Positions 58,930-64,000 of a stretch of 64,000 nucleotides of DNA are shown here, in pieces (the stretch's first letter is position 1; every line of letters begins with the position of its first letter). The notes below the pieces were generated by a model that saw only the letters and a program-made list of their open reading frames with translations, made no database searches and was not told where the DNA came from. Origin of the DNA: the human T2T-CHM13v2.0 reference genome, Homo sapiens. The translations under genes and the position numbers were made by a program. Where the stretch lies: assembly GCF_009914755.1 (NCBI RefSeq), contig NC_060948.1; one strand, 5' to 3'.

Positions 58930-61400
58930 ATGTTGCTATAGTATTTTTGCCTGGAGTGATCTGTTTTCATCTGTTGGGTATAATTATTAGTGTTAAGTCT
59001 TTTACTTCCCGTTTAAAATTTCTAGTTTTCTTATTTATCATTGAAAGTTGTAGTACTGCAGTTTCCAAATGTTCCAGACCATTATTGCAGAGCTTTCTGT
59101 TTCTCTCTTCAATTCTATCTCATATGTTTAGGATCCCTGATATTTAGTGCATATATATATATATAGTATTGTTATATATCTTCTTGTGAATTTATACTTT
59201 ATCATTATATAATGTTTCCATTTGTCTCTTATAACAGTTTCAATTTAAACTCTACTTGGCATTGATATCACCATTCCTTTGCTTTTTCCATTACTGTGTG
59301 CACCAATATTTTTTTCTTCTTATCTCTTTCAACCTTTGCGTGTTCTTAAATACAAAATGAGTATATTAAACTGTCCATATAGTTAAGAGTGCTTTTAATC
59401 CATTGTGTCAGTCTGTCTTTTGGTTAGAGAGTTGAATAAATAATGGTTTAAATTTATAATTGATAGGGAAGATTTATTATTGCCATTTAAATAATTTGTT
59501 TTCTGTATGTCTTATAGCTATTTTGTGCCTCCTCTTTTTTCTAATGCCTTCCTTTGTGGTTAGTTGATTTTTTTTAATTGACACATTTTTATTCCCTTCT
59601 TATTTCCTTTTGTGTGTATTCTATAGATATGTCCTTTGTGGTTACCTTGGTGATTATCCATAATATCCTACATATATGAAAAATTATTTTGAATTAATAC
59701 TACTTTAATTTAAATCATGTACACAAATTTTCTTTCTTCATGTCATTGATTTACAAATGTCATATTAATATATTTTCTGACTATTAATGTAGGTTTCAAA
59801 TTTCTTTTTTAATTTTTTAAATCCTGTAGAGGAATAAAAAATAGCTATAAACCAAAATGCAAAAAAAAATAGTTTTTGTGTGTTTTTCATGTATGTATCC
59901 TTAACAGAAATTTTTATATTTTGTTGGGCTTTAAGTTATTGTCTATACATCCTTTTATGTCTACGTGAAAGACTCCCTTCCGCATTTCTCTTAGCACAGA
60001 TCTCGTGATAATGCACTGTCTCAGCTTTTATTTATCTGATAATGTCTTAATTTCTTCCTCATTTTGAAGGACAGCTTTGCCCTGGATTAAATACTTGATA
60101 GAGAGGGTTTGTTTGTTTCTTTCTTTTAACACTGCAGATATATCTCCTTCCAGACTGGAAGGCTTACCTAAATAATCTGATAAATTTATTAAAGATACCT
60201 TGTGCATGATTAGTCACTTTTCTCTAGATGTTTACAAGATTCTGTTTTATATTTGGCTTTTGCAACTTTGATTATTATGCATCTTGCAGTGGGTCCTTTG
60301 GATTTTTTTTTTAACTTGGAGCTTCTTGTATTTTTATATCCGTGTTTTAAAATCAGATTTTGGATTTCTTATCATTATTTAAAAAATATGCCATTTTTCT
60401 CACTTCTTTTTTTAAGATTACCATAATGCACATATTGTTCTGCTTGACGGTCTCTCATAAATGTCTTAGGCTCTGTTCACGTTGTTCATTATTATTTTAT
60501 TTGGCTTTGCTCCTCAGATTTACTAACTTCCAATGTTCTACCTTCAAGTTTACTAATTCTTTCTTCTTCTGGTTTGAGTCTGATGTTGAGCTTCTGTACT
60601 AAACTTTTCAATTCAGTTATTTTATGTCTCAGCTATAGAATTTCTGCTTTGTTTTGTTTTATAATTTATATCTCACTGTTGACATATTCACTTTTATATA
60701 TGATTTTTATAATACTTTTTCTTTTTTGTGTCTTTTAAATTTAAGCCTACTATAAACAGTTGTTATAAAGTATTTTTCTAATAAGTCCTAGATTTTGGTC
60801 AATTCATAGAGATTTATTTCAGTCCTTTAAATAGACCATTTTTTCTTGTTTTTTACATTTTGCAATTTTTGTTGAAAATTTGACATTTGAAATAACAGCC
60901 ATTCTTCCAGTTTTTGCAATTTGACTCTATGTTAGGTGAAACCTTCACTATAAGCCCAGTGTGAAGGATTTATGTTTCTCAGGTCTTCTCTGGGCATGTA
61001 TATTTCCTGTGTCTGTGTCTGTGCTTTTTTCTAATTCCCTCCATATAAACATCTATGCTGCTTTCCTCATCTTATCTCTTAGTTAGGTGATACAGAATAT
61101 GGTTCTGTAAGCAGGCCACAGACAGAGCAAAAATTTGCAAACCATTTCTCTGAGGAAGAAGTGCAAGAAATTTGGCTACTTCCTCCCAAAGATGCCACAC
61201 CAGGGAGGGAGTGACACAGGGCCACAGATTTGCTTGTCTTTATGAGTGTGACTTCTTGTTGATTGGGCATCTGCTTAATTGTTACAATCCATTGACTGTA
61301 TTCTGGGGCTCCTACAAAGTTATTTTAGTTTACAGTTTATAACCTGATGTTTCTGTGGGGAGCCAAAAGGACCTGGAGTTTCTCAAACTGCCATTTTGCC
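58930..61400 (-). mobile_element. Ancient L1M 5' half (ORF2 start, ORF1, 5'UTR)
   Basis: T-rich strand bias, ORF1-like sequence ~59.95-60.7 kb, YY1-like rc caaaatggc at ~61390-61400. Confidence 0.65.
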
Positions 61401-61409
61401 AATAGCTTG

Positions 61410-61845
61410 GAAGGCTCTTGTTACCTAATTCTGAAAGCTTTATGAAGTTACTGTAATAAAGATAGTGTATTGTGGAGAAGGAGAGAAATATTTGTCAGTA
61501 GAACAGAAAGGAAGAGGAACAGAGGAAGATCAGAGTAGACCCACTAAAATATGGACAATGGAGCTTTACAATAGCACGAAGGTATTTTACTGGAAAAAAA
61601 TTATCTTTTCAACATATGTTGCATATCTCTATGCAAAGACATTAATAATAACAATATCCATACTATTCTCACATTACAAAAACTAACTCAGATATATTAT
61701 AGACCTATATATAAAACATAATCTTATAAAATTTCTAGAAAAAACTGACTTTGGGTTCGGCAAATATTTCTTAGATGCAACACTAAAAGCACAATTTATA
61801 ATAAAAAGTTCATGTGCTGGACTTTATAAATATTAAAAATATCCA
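61410..61845 (+). mobile_element. Ancient L1M ORF2 fragment
   Basis: Diverged ORF2 motifs (ctgtaataaagatagtgtattg, ttataaaatttctagaa). Confidence 0.6.
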
Positions 61846-61846
61846 C

Positions 61847-64000
61847 TTTTTAAATTCTGGGATACATGCACAGAATGTGTATGTTTGTTACATAGGTACA
61901 CGTGTGCCTTGGTGGTTTACTGCACCTATCAACCCATCACCTAGGTTTTAAGCCCCACATGAATTAGCTATTCATCCTGATGATCTCCCTCTCCTCACCA
62001 TCCCCCACGACAGGCCCTGATATGTGTTGTTTCCTTCCCTGTTTCCATGTGTTCTCATTGTTGAACTCCCACTTATGAGTGAAACATGTGGTGTTTGGTT
62101 TTCTGTTCCTGTGTTAATTTGCTGAAGATAATGGCTTCCAGCTTCATCCATGTCTCTGCAGAAGATATAATCTCATTCCTTTTTATGGCTGCATAGTATT
62201 CCATGCTGTATATGTACCACACTTTCTTTATCCAGTCTATAATCAATGGGCATTTGGGTTGATTCCATGTCTTTGCTATTGTGAATAGTGCTGCAATAAA
62301 CATACATGTACATGTATCAGTTCTAGATACTTGAGGAATTGCCACACTGTCTTCCACAATGGTTGAACTAATTTACATTTCCACCAACAGCATAAAAGTG
62401 TTCCTATTTTTTCATAGCCTCACCAGCATCTGTTGTTTCTTGACTTTTTAATATTCACCATTCTGACTGGTGGAAGATGGTATCTCACTGTGATTTTGAT
62501 TTGCATTTCTCTAATGATCAATGATATTGAGCTTTTTTTCATATGACTGTTGGCTGCATAATGCACAACTTCTTCTGAGAAGTTTCTATTCATATCCTTT
62601 GCCCACTTTTTGATGGGGTTATTTGTTCTTGTCTTGTAAATTTGTTTAAGTTCCTTGTAAATTCTGGATATTAGACCTTTGTCAGATGTGTAGATTGCAA
62701 AAATTTTCTTCTATTCTGTAGGGTGCCTGTTCACTCTGATGATAGTTTCTATTGCTATGCAGAAGTGCTTTGGTATAATTAGATCCCATTTGTCAATTTG
62801 TTGTAATTGCTTTTAGTGATTTCATCATAAAATCTTTGCCCATGCCTATGTCATGATGGTATTGCCTAGGTTTTCTTCTGGGGTTGTTATCATTTTGGGT
62901 TTTACATTTAATTCTTTAATTCATCTTGAGTTAATTTTTGTATAAGGTGTAAGGAAGGCATCCAGTTTCAATTTTCTGCATGTGACTAGACTGTTTTCAC
63001 AGCACCATTTATTAAATAGGGAATCCTCTTCCCATTGCTTGTTTTTGTCAGGTTTGTTGCAGATCAGATGGTTGGAGATATGTGGTCTTTTTTCTGAAGT
63101 CTCTATTCTCTTCCATTGGTCTATATGTCTGTTTTGGTATAAGTACCATGCTGCTTTGGTTACTGTAGCCTTGTAGTAGAGTTTGAAGCCAAGTAACGTG
63201 ATGCCTCCAGCTTTGTTATTTTTGCTTAGGATTGTCTTGGCTATGTGGGCTCTTTCTTTGGTTCCTTATGAATTTTAAAGTAGTTTTTTTCTAATTATGT
63301 GAAAAATATCAATGGTAGTTTGATGGGATTAACATTGAATCTATAAATTACTTTGGGCAATATGGCCATTTTCACTATATTGATTCTTGCTATCTATGAG
63401 GATGGAATGTTTTTCCATCTGTTTGGATCCTCTCTTATTTCCTTGAGCAGTGGTTTGTAGTTCTTGAAGAGGTCATTCACATCACTTGTTAGCTGTATTC
63501 CTAGGTATTTTATTATCTTTGTAACAATTGTAAATGGGAGTTCATTCATGATTTGCCTCTCTGCTTGTCCATTGTTTGTGTATAGGAATGCTTGTGATTT
63601 TTGCACATTGATTTTGTATCCTGAGATTTTGCTGAAGTTGCTTATCAGCTTAAGAAGTTTTGGGGCTGAGACGATGGAGTTTTCTAAATATACAATCATG
63701 TCATCTGCAAACAGAGACAATTGGACTTCCCCTCTTCCTATTTTAATACTCTTTATTTCTTTCTCTTGCCTGATTGCCCTGGCCAGAACTTCCAATAATA
63801 TGTTGAGTAGGAGTGGTGAGAGAGAGCATCCTTGCCTTGTGCTGGTTTTCAAAGGGAATGCTTCCAGCTTTTGCCTAATCAGTATGATATTGGCTGTGGG
63901 TTTGTCATGAATAGATCTCATTGTTTTGAGATGTGTTACATCAATACCTACTTTATTGAGGGTTTTTAGCATGAAGTGGTGTTGAATTTTATCAAAGGCC
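61847..64000 (-). mobile_element. L1PA7/8-like element, 3'UTR and ORF2 RT region, continuing past the window edge
   Basis: 3' end atacatgcacagaatgtg...tgttacatagg; ORF 63394-63972 contains [10 protein letters not shown] and [10 protein letters not shown]; short internal deletion near 62320. Confidence 0.93.

Noticed and set aside
63394-63972. 192-aa reverse transcriptase ORF
   Set aside because: Fragment of a decayed L1PA ORF2 bounded by stops; the antisense ORF 63464-63910 is its mirror frame

Overview
Primate genomic DNA, probably hominoid/human (Alu, L1PA4, LTR12C and MER9 are present). It is AT-rich and mostly nested, decayed transposable elements. I found no host protein-coding gene, tRNA, rRNA or CRISPR array. 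Every ORF with recognisable homology is a broken TE gene: Tigger1 transposase, L1 ORF1/ORF2, or ERV gag/pol/env. Main blocks: an internally deleted MER4 provirus (229-2261); a mostly unique island (3.1-8.6 kb); a full-length Tigger1 carrying three younger insertions; a long minus-strand L1 carrying LTR12C, MST and MER4A solo LTRs; a two-LTR ERV1 provirus (21.4-29.5 kb) with L1PA4, MER9 and Alu inside it; an ERVL/MLT2 relic invaded by a MER52/LTR27-type gag-pol provirus; and about 18 kb of stacked L1 fragments. I cannot support a new biological system here. The best leads are an unexplained ~90-bp dispersed duplication in the unique island, a possible LTR-driven spliced lncRNA, an intact CpG-rich LTR12C promoter, a scrambled templated-insertion scar in a gag gene, a trimeric AluY and a perfect 38-bp tandem duplication. 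Subfamily names come from recalled consensus sequences, not a database search. Boundaries without a target-site duplication (TSD) are approximate.
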